In this document: positions 1 to 12,458 of the stretch, in pieces | Layout of the letters: the number at the start of each line of letters is the position of its first letter | Numbering within the stretch: the first letter of the stretch is position 1 | Origin: Eledone cirrhosa | Taxonomy: Eukaryota | NCBI GenBank assembly: GCA_964016885.1 | Contig: OZ024741.1 | Coordinates: forward strand, 145,576,001 to 145,640,000 | Reading direction: 5' to 3' | Length of the DNA stretch: 64,000 nt | Position numbers and translations under genes: made by a program | The notes under the pieces: model-generated | Told to the model about the DNA's origin: nothing | What the model saw: only the letters and a program-made list of their open reading frames with translations | Databases searched by the model: none

Positions 1-289
1 CACAGAAGTTGCAATAACATAGATACAAAGAAATCCCAAGAATAGTAAATATCAAATGAGACAACAGTAGGGGAAATGAAAAGTTACACATTGATGTCAG
101 AGCTGTCTTCACTTCTGTTCCTTTTGTTTCACACAAAGAACTGAAATGTCAAATGTAATGGTTTAAAACCTAACACAGACTATATTCATATAATAATGGC
201 ACAAGACAGCAAAGAACATTCTAGATTGTAATACTTTGTGTTTATGATGATGTTGATCATGAGAATGATGAAACTATACAAAAGTCAGA

Positions 290-290
<1 letters not shown>

Positions 291-372
<82 letters not shown>
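291..372. repeat. (TG)n microsatellite
   Basis: About 40 uninterrupted TG units. Confidence 0.97.
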
Positions 373-373
<1 letters not shown>

Positions 374-789
374 AGAAAGGAAGAAACAAGGAAACAATAT
401 AAATTGATGGACATGAAATGAGTTAAGTTAACACAGATATGAACGTAATATATATCAGTTAAAAATATGTGTGATGTTAAACAAATGAACTGTGTAGTGC
501 AAGGTCACCAGTTCAAATAAACTTTGAGTCATTATATATGCATAAGTCAAAAGAGCTTAATTCATTGAATTGACCACAGTTCATTTTAGCACTTATTTTA
601 TTAACCCTGTTGTGGGTGAAGTCAACCTTGAAAACTGTAGTATATGTATATAAGTGGATAGAGACAGCCAAAAAAAAAAGAAAATAAAAGCGAAATTTAC
701 AGCTGACACTGATGTTTGATGATGTTTTAGCTGTCCTTCTATGAAGTTGTATCGTGTCTGAGGCCTCTTGTAGGTTTTAATGATAGGGG

Positions 790-916
790 CCCCAGTCCTA
801 TAATGAAAAGCAATGTTGAATAAAGCATCTTGCTCAAGAGCACAATGCACCACCCATTGCAGGAAGTGAACCAACAAACTTATGATCATGAGTCCAATAC
901 CCTAACGACTAAGCCC
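790..916 (-). mobile_element. decayed tRNA-derived SINE
   Basis: Reverse complement reads GGCTTAGTCGTTAGGGTATTGGACTCATGATC...TCTTGAGCAAGATGC, matching the SINE head and body at 16250 and 63693. Confidence 0.55.
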
Positions 917-1119
917 TGAGAATATTGAAAAAGATAACTTTACAATCAAGCGGTCCCAGAATTGATCCCACTATATAGCAACTTGGGTGTTTTTTACCAT
1001 AGCTTCAGGTCGACCCCACTTTTGTGAGTAAAACTGGATAGATGAAAACTGTGTGTAAGTCTGTTGGATAGATTATACCTGTAACTCAATGGCCTAGACT
1101 TGTAACACACTTTGTCTCA

Positions 1120-1898
1120 TATCCCATGAGTAAGTTGAGAATATTCTACACACTGAACTTGGTACGACAAAGGTATCTGTTTGGTGGGTGCCACATCTTG
1201 TGACACCTGATCAAAAGCACAACAAGCTGATCACATCATGGGAAAATCCGACATTGTTTGAGGCAGACCCAGCTGGTTTCCTTGAAAGACTCCAAACCCA
1301 GGATTAGTGTTGTGTTCATCACTTTGAGGAAGAGACAAAAACAATGCATGCAGTGGCAACACCCCTCCTCCCTTGTTCCAAAGAAGACCAAGGTAATTTC
1401 ATCTGCAGGGAAGGTGATGGTCTTAGTTTTGGGGGATGCAAAAGGCATTGTGTTTATTGACTATCTTCAAAAGTGTCACACCATCAATGGAGAATATTTT
1501 GTCAACCTGCTGAGGCAGTTACAAAAGAATGTCAGTTGCAGGAAAGCTAATGAAGGGTGTCTTGTTTCCTTGGGACAATGTTCCAGCACACAAGTCCTTG
1601 GTTTCAATGGCTGTTGTGCATGGCTGTGGCTTTGAACTGTTAACCACCCTCCCTATTCTCCTGATTTGGCTCCATCTGACTATCATCTGTTCCTCAGCAG
1701 GGGACCAGTATTGTAGTAATGATGACGTTATATCTTCTGTTGATGACTTTTTTGACCAACAGGACAAAAGCTTCTTCACCAATGGGATCCAAGCACTGCA
1801 ACACCGATGGAAGAAGTGTGTTGAAAAATAAACCTCATTTTATCACATTCCATGAGAGTATCTTGGTCAGCCTATGAACTTTTCAGCCTACCCTTGTA
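1120..1898 (+). pseudogene. mariner (Tc1/mariner) transposase pseudogene with 3' TIR
   Basis: Frameshifted motifs WVPHL, SAGKVM, TINGEYF, DNVPAH, HPPYSPDLAPSDYHLF, GIQALQHRWKKCVE. Ends GAACTTTTCAGCCTACCCTTGTA (TIR-like end plus TA). Confidence 0.9.
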
Positions 1899-2244
1899 TT
1901 TGTGGAGTAGGCACAACATAAATCCTAATTTAACTAGTAGGGTATCTACTCAATCGAACAACTGAATGTTTATCATCAAAACAAACACACACATGCATAT
2001 ATGTAACATATAATACACATATAAAGATACCAAAGCACTAATATAAATATATGTGAATTGTATAACTTAGTGGGTAGAGTGTTCAGCTCATGATTTAAAT
2101 TTGTGATATAGATTCCTTGTGGCATAGTGTCCTTGAGCAAGACACCTTATTCCCCATTGCTTGAGTTCACTAAGATGGCAAAAATAAGTTGTATCTGTAA
2201 TGCAAACAGCCACTGTGTCATGCTAAATCTCCCTGAGAATTATA

Positions 2245-2476
2245 TAAACCTTTTCATATCAACCTTGCCAAAATCGGCCAAGGGTCCATGAAACAATTCC
2301 ATCCAATATAAAGGGTTACTATTTAAATCAAAATCTTCCAAATTTTATATAAGAATCATATATGAAATTACTATCTTAGTAATGAACTAATTGGTTTTAT
2401 TAAATCAATCGTGAATCTTCAATAAATTATTGAAATAGAATGTATTTCAATAGAAATACGTTTACAAAAGGGTTAA
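2245..2476. mobile_element. TTAA-flanked MITE (piggyBac-like ends)
   Basis: Starts AACCTTTT and ends AAAAGGGTTAA. Body is shared with copies at 12200, 12996, 27485, 30337, 34516 and 41731. Confidence 0.55.
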
Positions 2477-3569
2477 GGGTACAATGAGTCTGTGGAATAT
2501 TCAGCCACTTACACATTAATTTCATGAGCAAGTTGTTCCATTGTTTGAACAACTGGAACACTTGTATCATAACTGACAGAGGCCAAACAACACAACAGCA
2601 TGTTTCAATATATATTAAGTTAACCTATTGTAAATCACATATGAATCTGACTTTAAATCCTGTTATATTCTCCAGTCTTTTCATCTTTTCTCTCAGTTGC
2701 TGTACTGTTTTGACTTCTCAACTTGCAAATATAATACTTAGTCTTTCTATCGAGGAAAGAAAATTATAGAGAATGGATTCACTTTCTCTATTTGTTTAAC
2801 ACTAATTGAAGAACACAGATTTTTTTTCATGTCAGGTACTTCTTACATTCCTATGTGAAGAGAGAAAAAGAGAGAGAGAGAGGAAGAGAGGAAAAGTGAT
2901 ATAAGAGAGAGGAACAGACAATGAGTAGGAAATTGATAGATAGAAATAAAGAGAGACTGGAAATGATATAGGGGCAGATTGTGTATGTGAGAGAGGGAGG
3001 AGGAAATAGGGAAAGAGAGCGAGTAATTGAGTGAGAGAGAGAGAAACATTGAAAATGGAAAACTAAACACATACATGCATAAATGTACATGTATATATAC
3101 ACACGCACACACACATACATGCATACACAGATGCATACACACATAAATATATATTATACATATATTTTGTTTTTGTAACAATATTTTGCTTTGTTCCAAC
3201 AAATTATATCATCTTAAAACTATTGAGACAAATTGTGAACTGTTCCACATCTCTAAGCGAGAAGAACATTTTTACAGTACAAACAGATTATCTTAAGAAA
3301 TTTTGCTGTATTTGCTTTTCTTCTCCTCCTACTCCTCCTGCTCCTATTTCTGCCCCTCTCCCTTTCCCTCATCTTATCCTCCTTGTGTTTTGCTCTCTCT
3401 CTCTCTCACACACACACACACTCTCTCTCTCCCTCTCAAACTATCTTTCTATCTATATCATCCTTGTCATAATTTGAATGTTTGTTTTTCTTCTATGGTG
3501 GGATATATATATATATATATATGTATATCCCATCATGATTATATATATATATGTATATCATGATGATGA

Positions 3570-4190
3570 TCATCATCATTTAACGTCCATTTTCCATGCT
3601 AGGATGTTGTCCCGTTTGAGGCAAGTTAGATCAGGTGACTGTGTCTTGCTCACACAGAACTATTTCCGGCTGGTTTCTACAACTGGATGCCCTTCCTCAT
3701 GCCAACCACATTTATATCGTGGGCTGGGTGCTTTTTGTTATGTCACCTACATGAGAACTTTACTGTGTAAGGGTGGTGTGAACAGAAGTGGGTGGGTGTT
3801 GGGACATGAGAGGTGTATGGAAAAGGGGTATAGTGGTTAAGAGGTGCCTAATGGATGTATATTTCAGTCTGTGTGCATGAGAAGGTGGGTCTTCTGTATT
3901 ACTGCATAACACCAAAGATCTTTATCCTGTATTGTTGTTTTTGAGAGGTGTAATAGGGGTTGGATGGGCAGAAGTGGTGAGAGCTGACCTCAAATTGCTG
4001 AGACTCACAGAGGAGGTGATGAAGAAATGCAGCGAATGGAAAGATGTTGTGCTGCAAAGACCCATCCAACCCCTATTACACCTCTCAAAAACAACAATAC
4101 ACGCTCAAGATTTTTGGCGTTATGCAGTAATACAGAAGACCCACCTTATCATGCACACAGACGGAAACATACATCCATTAGGCACCTCTT
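3570..4190. mobile_element. RTE LINE 3' end/3' UTR fragments in both orientations
   Basis: (ATC)n tail plus TTTAACGTCC...GGATGCCCTTCC on the minus strand; WAEVVRADL and WRYAVIQKT on the plus strand. Confidence 0.65.
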
Positions 4191-4252
4191 AACCTCTATA
4201 TATCATCATCATCATCATATATATATATGCACACACATATATATATATATAT

Positions 4253-4305
<53 letters not shown>

Positions 4306-4330
4306 TATATAAATATATATATATATATAT

Positions 4331-4448
4331 TTGTTTCTACTTTTCGCACAAGGCCAGCAATTACCCAGTGCATTACTGGTACTTTATTTTATCAACCCCG
4401 TAAGGATGAAAGACAAAGTTAACCTCGACGGGATTTGAACTCAGACTG
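4331..4448 (-). mobile_element. SINE family A (Nin-domain-like), partial
   Basis: Reverse complement of the GAGTTCAAATCCCG...TTTCATCCTTACGGGGTTGATAAAATAAAGTACCAG...AGAAACAA unit. Confidence 0.8.
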
Positions 4449-4504
4449 TAAATATATATATATATATATAATATATATATATGTGTGTCTGTGTGTGTGT
4501 GTGG

Positions 4505-5338
4505 TTTGTTTATAGAACAATTAAAACAAGACATCAGAGGTAGGTAGTTAATTAGATCATTGTTTTATGATTGCTTCACAGGGTTGATTGATCATGGAAG
4601 ATTGATGTATTGATGAGCATGGTAGTGGTTAGGTTATTACCTATTTCTAGTCTTGAAATTCCTGTTGGATCAACTGTCTTCTTCAGAAACACTAAACTAT
4701 GATTTTATTTGCTACATGTATATATATAAAGGGGTTTAGGCGCATATTTTATGTGTCCCAATGAGTGAGGAAATAGAAGAGAGGGGGCGCATAAATTAAG
4801 TGTAGTAGGAGTAGAGAGCATATAAAGGGTTTGTAAACAAAGATAGATAATAAAAAAAATAATAATGATATAGTAGTTGTAATAGTACTACTTATAATTG
4901 TTTCTACTTTTGGCACAAGGCCAGCAATTATCCCGTGTATTACTGGTACTTTATTTTATCGACCCCGTAAGGATGCAAAGCAAAGTTAACCTCGATGGGA
5001 TTTGAACTCAGAACATAAAGAGCCGTAACTCTTTGCTGCAAAGCATGGTGTCCGATCCTCTACCGATACTGCCAAACCTCCATCCAATACTACTTACTAC
5101 TTATAATAATAATAGTAATCATGGTAATAGATAGGTTACAGTTATCATGATTGTAGTAAATAGAGAATTCACTTTAAGGGTTATGATAAGTTGATGGAAT
5201 TGTGTGTATGCATCAGTTGACCCAGTCGATACATCGATCCTCCATGCTCAACTGACACTTTGAAACAACCGTAAAACAATGAAATAATTAACTACATATC
5301 TCTGACTTCTGTCTTGTTTTCATTGTTCTCTTCACAAG
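4505..5338. mobile_element. element with ~110-bp imperfect inverted ends, probably PLE-derived
   Basis: 4514-4615 is the diverged reverse complement of 5226-5330. Flanked by microsatellites, with a SINE inserted inside. Confidence 0.55.
4897..5085 (-). mobile_element. SINE family A (Nin-domain-like)
   Basis: Near full-length reverse copy of 17799-17989. Confidence 0.85.
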
Positions 5339-5699
5339 GGTATATATATATATAATGACTCTGTAACCTGGATGGATCTTCTTCAAGGAAACCTTAAGCA
5401 GTGGTCACCTACTACAAGAAGTACTAGTCACACTGATTAATCTCACTATTTATCATATTCCACCTGGGTGTGGTGTGACTGATAGCATTGTTAGAACTCA
5501 ATGTGTCCTTGCAAAGATGGTTACATATATGAAAACAGGGAGAAAGAGACGATTATTAGGAAGAAAAATATATTTTTTTCCTTTTTCGTTTCTCTCTCTC
5601 TTTTTTCTGGGTTAGAAAATGATTAAAACGAAATGTTTTACTTTGTGTGAAGTGTTAAGGTATTAGTTGATTTATTTATTATTTAAAAATGGCATTTAT

Positions 5700-6500
5700 T
5701 TATCTATTTATATATTTAATTATTGTCTATTACCGGTTTCAGCATTTTTATGCATTATCAAATGATAGTGAAATGTATTAGTGTGGTGTCGCAAATGTTA
5801 AACAGAAGGTGCAGAAAGAATAATGTTATTTACAAACAAGGTTTATGAAGTGAAAAGAAAAAAGAAAAAGGGAAAAAAACGTGAATAATATGGAACGTAA
5901 AATGTCAATGTGGAAGAAAAAATAATGTTATTTACAAGCAAAGTCATTGAAGATCAAAATGTGTTAATATAGCAAGAGTGCTTAGTTGATACATGATTCC
6001 GTGATGGAGTCAAATGGTGGACTGAGGCTTGATATGATTTCCCTTTTTAGAGAGTTAATATGCAGGGGGAAGCAATTCTTGCTGGGTGATATTTAATTTA
6101 TTTAAGAAAAAGGATTAGGTAGGGTGGCTGAACTTGCCGGTAGAACAAAGAGGGAGTGGAGGAAACCCAGTCAAGCGTTGAAAGTGAAATCTATACAGCA
6201 GATTCTAAGGATAGTGTATAAAAGGTCGAAAAAAGTGAACTGAAGAAGAGACGGAGGGGGTTGAAAGAATAGGTAAATCGAAAGGGAGTAAAAAAAAAAA
6301 ACCCATTATAAAAATAAGGAAATAAATATATAAAAAACAATTTCTGGTTACTACTCCATTTCCACAATCACCAAATTTTTCATTGGTATTGCTAAGCTAT
6401 AGAAAAGTTTAATAGGTGGAGAATGGGAAAAATACTAAATACGAGAGTGTAGTGAAAGAATTTTATAAAGCCGGCTTTACAGGGGGTCTAACACCACTGC
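5700..6500 (-). pseudogene. highly decayed PLE 3' region
   Basis: Minus-strand fragments PIKLFYS, KFSHPT*SF and HINSLKREII..PPFDSITESC resemble the better preserved PLEs at 59163 and 54925. A degenerate hammerhead-like motif lies at about 5727-5768. Confidence 0.4.
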
Positions 6501-6559
6501 TATAGATAGTTAGTAATGAGCTAATGCTATCTTACAATGACAGGTTAATAAGTTGAGAA

Positions 6560-6665
6560 CAAAAATACTAAAATACTACTACAAAAATACTAATACAAAA
6601 TATTAATACAAAAATACTAATACAAAAATACTAATACAAAAATACTAATACAAAAATACTAAAAA
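6560..6665. repeat. 14-bp tandem repeat (AAAAATACTAATAC)n
   Basis: About 7 near-identical units. Confidence 0.85.
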
Positions 6666-6849
6666 AGCACTCAGCCCACACTGTAAAGTGGACGTGGAGG
6701 TGCCACGGAAAAAAAAGCACCCAGCATTCACTGTAAATGAGGTTGGTGTTAGGAAGGGCATCCAGCTGTAGAAATCAAGCCAGAATCAGTTCCCGTCCCA
6801 CCCTTACAAGCAGGGAAAAGCGGACGTAAAATGATGATGATGATGATGA
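6665..6849 (+). mobile_element. SINE family B 3' half with RTE-type tail
   Basis: GGTGTTAGGAAGGGCATCCAGCTGTAG...GGGAAAAGCGGACGTAAAA(TGA)n. Another copy lies at 8040-8198. Confidence 0.75.
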
Positions 6850-7319
6850 GTGTGGTTGACCCTTAGCCAATCCTCTCTGAAACATGCGTAACAGGTCAAT
6901 GCACAATAAAAATCTAATACAAGTAAACGAAACTTCACCATTTAAAAAATATATATATATATATCACAGTGTCCCAGCAAGTAATAGAGGAATATGTATA
7001 TATATACCTATCTATCTATCTATGTTTGTATGCATGTGACATCATGTTTTAAAATCCAAGGTGAATTATTACAAGGATGTTATAATCTCTCCTCTTCACT
7101 TCTCCAAGTACGATACAAGGAAAGGGGTGGGGCAACAACAAATAAATATATATTAAAAATAACAACAACAAAAACACAACCAAAGAGAGCCAAAAAAGGA
7201 ATAAATGAATATTCTAGAAAATTCTCTTAGCAAAATGTACAGAGAAAAAAATTTAACAAGAGGAGGTGTGGTAGGGAGCAATATATGAGAATTAAGTGAA
7301 TAAATTTAGCAATAAAATG

Positions 7320-7745
7320 TTATTTTTGTTGTAGTAATTGTTGCTGGTGTTGTTGTTATTCTTGTTGGAGTTTCTGTTGTTACTTTGTTTTTACTGTTTT
7401 ATGTTGTTTTCACAGTTATTATTGTAGTTGTTATAATTTAGCTTACAGCTGTTGTTGTAATTACTGTTGTCAATGTTATATAGTTGTATTTGTTATCATT
7501 GTTGATGTTTCTGTATGTGTTGTTTTATTTGCTGTTGTTGTTGATCTTATTGTATTTATTACCGTTGATGTTATTGTTGTCAGTAATGTTGATATTATTG
7601 TTGTTGGTGATGTTGTTGATGATGTATTTACTGTTATTGATGATGCACTCACTACTGCTTTGTTATTGATGTTATTGTTGTATTTACTGTTATTGAAGTT
7701 GTTATTAATGTTGTATTTTTTGTTGTTGTTGATGATGTTGTTACA
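7320..7745. repeat. (GTT/GAT/ATT)n low-complexity tract
   Basis: Degenerate trinucleotide repeats. Confidence 0.8.
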
Positions 7746-8584
7746 CCATCTTTTTCTTTGTTTGTAATTATTTCTTTATGCTAATAAAGCTACTGAATAT
7801 ATTTCCTACATCTTAACACATGCACACACACACATATATATACATATGTGTGTGGTTGTGTGGTGTAATATTCAACCACTAGTTCTATATCAGTTGAAAA
7901 GCTATATATTTACATAATAACAATATTAAACAATATTTTATGGTTAGCAGATAGTTTCCTGCCAAAATAAGATGCTTTTGTTTTTACTGGAGATGATATA
8001 TATCTTATCCCTGATCAGCATTTGAAGGTCGGGTGTAAGTGCCACGTGGAGGTGCCACGGCAAAAAAGCACCCAGCACTCACTGTAAATGAGGTTGGTGT
8101 TAGGAAGGGCATCCAGCTGTAGAAATCAAGCCAGAATCAGTTCCCGTCCCACCCTTGCAAGCAGGGAAAAAGCAGACGTAAAATGAAATGATGATGATAT
8201 ATATATATATGTACATATATATATGTATATATGTATAAAATATATATATATATATATATGTATATGTATTCTATATATGTATATGTATATATATATATGT
8301 ATTCTATATATGTATATGTATATATATATATGTATTCTATATATGTATATGTATATATATATATATAAATGTATATACAGTATATATATATATGTATATA
8401 TATATATTTATTAAAAGATCCCGTTAAGAGTGAAAGCAGCGATTCTTTGCTTAAACTGTAATCTGTTATTTGAATAAATATTTGCTCTACAGTTCTTATA
8501 TATTTGATATATATTTATCCTTATCGAGCCCTCTTTGGATTTTAGTTTACAAATTTATTATTATTACTATATATATATATATAT

Positions 8585-8878
8585 CTGTGCAGAATTCCTT
8601 CCTTGCTCACATTTCGACTAGGTTTGATGGTCTTTATTCTCTCTCGTTCACGATTTCACCGAACTTATATTCTTGGAAATCTGGGACTTGACTCTTTCTT
8701 CCTCACCTTTCGTTGCTTTACCATCTTTGTTTGTTTACACTCTCACTCGTTCCCCTTATTCACGTGTCCCAACGACTTTCTTTAGCCGTTGATCGCACCA
8801 ACCGGAGGTATATGGTTTTAAAGCAATGAAATACGAATGATGGTTGGAAGATCACTGATGAAGGACCAACTTTATTTA
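8585..8878 (+). mobile_element. unclassified ~300-bp repeat inserted in (TA)n
   Basis: Clearly homologous to 45990-46288. Both copies are bounded by TA tracts. Confidence 0.7.
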
Positions 8879-8882
8879 TATG

Positions 8883-8962
<80 letters not shown>

Positions 8963-8965
<3 letters not shown>

Positions 8966-10822
8966 TGTTATACTTTGGGAGGGTCATGTTGCCAATAAGA
9001 AACACACGCACCAAGAAAACCCACACAGATAGATGGAATGGGTGGACCAGAGCCATACGGACCCCCGATGAACTAAATAAAATGATTGCACATGCGGTGG
9101 GGGCCAGCATAAAATTAACCCTTAAGGAACATATGTTCAAATTTAATGGAAAAACATATGCTCAAGAGGAGGGAGCAGCCATTGGTGTTAGCATTGCAGG
9201 TGACATAGCTAACCTATTTATGGTATGGTGGGACAGTAGACTTAAACTTAAACTTAAAGAACAATTAGAAGACCCCTCAACCCTGATAATGTACTCCCGC
9301 TACGTTGATGATATAAACATCGTAGTAAAAACAGAGAACAGTCAGGAATTAGAGAAAAACACAATGGAAAGCATCCAGCAAATAGCTAACTCCAACCACC
9401 AGAGTATTAGAGTTACTATAGACTACCCAAGCAAACACCTCAACCATCGATTACCTGTACTAGACACAGAGCTCTGGTTAGATACCATTAATAACAAAAA
9501 ATAAATCCTCCATTCCCATTATGCCAAACCCATGACTTCCAAATATCTGATCCACCGAAACTCAGCTGTTTCGGACCATACCAAAATCAACATACTGATT
9601 ACGGATTTGGTACAAGTGATGAGAAACGTGTCCCGCATGTGCAACCCCAAAGAGCTAGAGAGACACATACAACACTTCATCCACCGTATGCAGTTCTCTG
9701 GTTCCAATCAGAGAGATAACATCAGAGTATATAGAGGAGCCAGAACCAAATGGGAAAAAATGGTAAATAATGACACAAATGGGACCTGCCCCTTGTATAG
9801 GAGCACATTTTGGAATAGAATAGAAAGAAATAGGAATAAGGCTAATAGAATAAACTCATGGTATGATAGCAATAAATACCAGAGTGTAATGTTCATCGAT
9901 ACAACCCCTAGAGGTGAATTAGGTTACAAATTTAGAAGGGCCCTAGATAAACATAAACTCAATATTAAGATAGTAGAAAGACCAGGTACCTCCATAAAAA
10001 CAGTTATTAGCAATACATACCCTTTTCAAAGACCTCCCTGTATAGATAAGAAATGTATAATCTGTAAATTAAGCCCCCATATTAACTGTAAAACTAGAAA
10101 TGTAGTATATAGCATAAGATGTACTGAAGGACAATGTAGAGATAAAAATATAGTGTACATAGGTGAGACAGCTCGTAGTATAGAGAAACGGATAAATGAA
10201 CACTGGCGAGACCTTCAAGATAGATAAGAATCATCTGTACTCTACCAACATGCTAAAATAGAACATAAGGGTAAATTAGAGAACATAGAAATAAAAATAG
10301 AATCTACACACAGAAAAGACATGCTTAGACAAATCACAGAGGCAATAAACATAAATGAACTCCAACCAAAATTAAATTGAAAACATGAATGGAACAGCAA
10401 CATCACAACTTACAATTAAGGACAAAATGAAAACACACACGCACATAGAACAAACAACCAACCAGTAACATGTAAATAAACAAATAAATAAACAAATATA
10501 AACACACACGGACACCCGTATGTAACACATGCACAAACTAAGCACACAACACACACACAAAAACAAGATGGCGTAGGACAGAACAAAGGAGAGGCACAAA
10601 AACAAAGAAAAGAAAAGAATCCCCAGTCACTGAAGAGGTCACAGAATGTGTGACGAAAGAACTTTAACAATATATAAACAATCATTTGGTTGTGAAACCA
10701 ACCAACCAGCCAGAAATTTATAAATTCCTAAATTTATAAATTTATTATAATAAATTGAAGTGAAAGCAACTGGTGCGTGTGTTTCTTATCGGCAACATGA
10801 CCCTCCCAAAGTATAACAATAT
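8963..10822 (+). mobile_element. 5'-truncated Penelope-like retroelement (RT + GIY-YIG; Neptune/Nematis-like) with 50-bp inverted terminal repeat
   Basis: One frame broken by a few stops: QEEGAAIGVSIAGDIANLFM, RYVDD, LPVLD, CIDKKCIIC, NVVYSIRC, YIGET, RQITEAINI..PKLN*KHEW. 8963-9013 is the reverse complement of 10771-10821. Confidence 0.92.
10625..10668 (+). ncRNA. hammerhead-like motif in PLE 3' repeat (degenerate)
   Basis: CTGAAGA-G-GTCACA/TGTGAC stem-GAAA-GAACTT. Stem I pairs only 3 of 4. Homologous motifs at 24701-24733 and, truncated, at 49521. Confidence 0.5.
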
Positions 10823-11424
10823 CGGTTTCAACACACGTTTTCAGATAAAGAATCTTGCTAAACAAATTCAGAAACGATATATATATACATATATGTACAT
10901 ATAAATACATATATATATGTATATATATATACATACATATATATATATATATACATACATATATATATATATATATGTATATGTACATATGCATATATAT
11001 ATATATATACACATACATATAATATATATATATACATATATACACATACATATGTGTGTATATATATATATACACACATATGCATATGTATTTATAAATA
11101 TATATATATATATATATATATACACTTTTACACACACACACAACTGTATCTGCAATTGAAACATATATATGCCTATTTAATGGGCCAACAATAGAAACCA
11201 GAATTCTAGATTGCCATTATTTGCAGTAAAGTAAGAAACTCCCCACCCCTATCAATTTTATGGTATCCTTCTAAGTAACCAGGATTCAGTTTTTTTTTTA
11301 TTGTTACTATTCTCATTGATTAACTAAAAAGAAAGACTGCCAACTGGGTTGGCCATTATTTATTAGTCAGATTGACTGCTTATGAATATATTGCAATGAG
11401 TTCCCTGAGGCGATTTCTGTTATT

Positions 11425-11962
11425 GTATGTGTGGCTGTCTTTTGTTGTGTATCTGTTTGTATGAATGAGTAGATACATACAACTGTATACATGAATGTGT
11501 ATGTGTATGTGCTTGTGTACATGAATGAGTGCATGTGTATGGTTATGTCAACGTGCTTATGTTTGTGTGTGTGAATTTTATGAATTTATGCATGCTCATG
11601 TGTGTATGTATAAATGTATGTATATTAATATGTTTATGTACCTGCATACATGAATGTGTGTGTGTGTGTGTGTGTACTTGAATGAATGCATGTGTGTAAT
11701 TGTGTACTTTTCATGTGTATGTGTGTGTGCATGACTGAGTATGTGTAAGTGACTGTGTACTTGAATGAATACGCATTCATATGTGTGCATGTGACTGCAT
11801 GCTTTTTATGTGTATACATTTCAGCATGTGACTGTGTACATGAATATGTGTGCTTGTGTACATTTCATATGTCTGTATGGATTTGTGCATGCTCTTGAGT
11901 TTATGAGGAATGTATATGAATGAGTCTGTGCATGTTTGTGCATACATGAATATGTGTGTGCA
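11425..11962. repeat. degenerate (ATGTGT/ATGAAT)n minisatellite
   Basis: Repeated CATGAATGTGTGT-like units. Confidence 0.75.
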
Positions 11963-12199
11963 CAGGGATGTTTTGTAGAATTAGTGGACAAAGAAAATTG
12001 CATTACTACATGCAAGCCATTCGATACATATGTTGTATAAAAACAGGGGAATTATTTATATGCTATATGTAGCTTCAATGAATGCTGTTTCTATCCAGTT
12101 TACAATGGGTACACAGCAACCTGGCATGTCATAAGAGGTGACTAAAAAGGCTGGCACCCAGCCATAAAACACTGTCTCAAAAAGGACCCATGGTAAATG

Positions 12200-12458
12200 T
12201 TAACCCTTTTATCACTAAGATGCTTGAAACCACTCTATAATACTTCAATTTCTTTTTTCAACTATATTGTTTATTTCAAAGAATTGTTATTTGTCCCAAA
12301 ATCTTGCATCATGATTTTATGTAAGAAATATGTTCTAAATATTATCATGTTGTTAATGAGAAAGTGAGTTATATTATTAAATCTCTCCAAAACATTATTT
12401 GAAAATCGTAAGCAGTGTTTTTTTTTTAAAATTAAAAATGCAGTACGTAAAAAGTTAA
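12200..12458. mobile_element. TTAA-flanked MITE (piggyBac-like ends)
   Basis: TTAA-CCCTTTT...AAAAAG-TTAA, body similar to 2245 and 34516. Confidence 0.6.

Noticed and set aside
7945-8022. Minus-strand CTGATCA...GAAACTATC hammerhead-like motif
   Set aside because: The core is mutated and there is no convincing stem I.
8411-8445. TAAAAGA-TCCCGTTAAGAGT-GAAAGC motif
   Set aside because: Too degenerate to call a ribozyme.
10822-10850. Minus-strand CTGAAAA..GAAACCGATA next to the PLE end
   Set aside because: No stem II pairing and the core is mutated.
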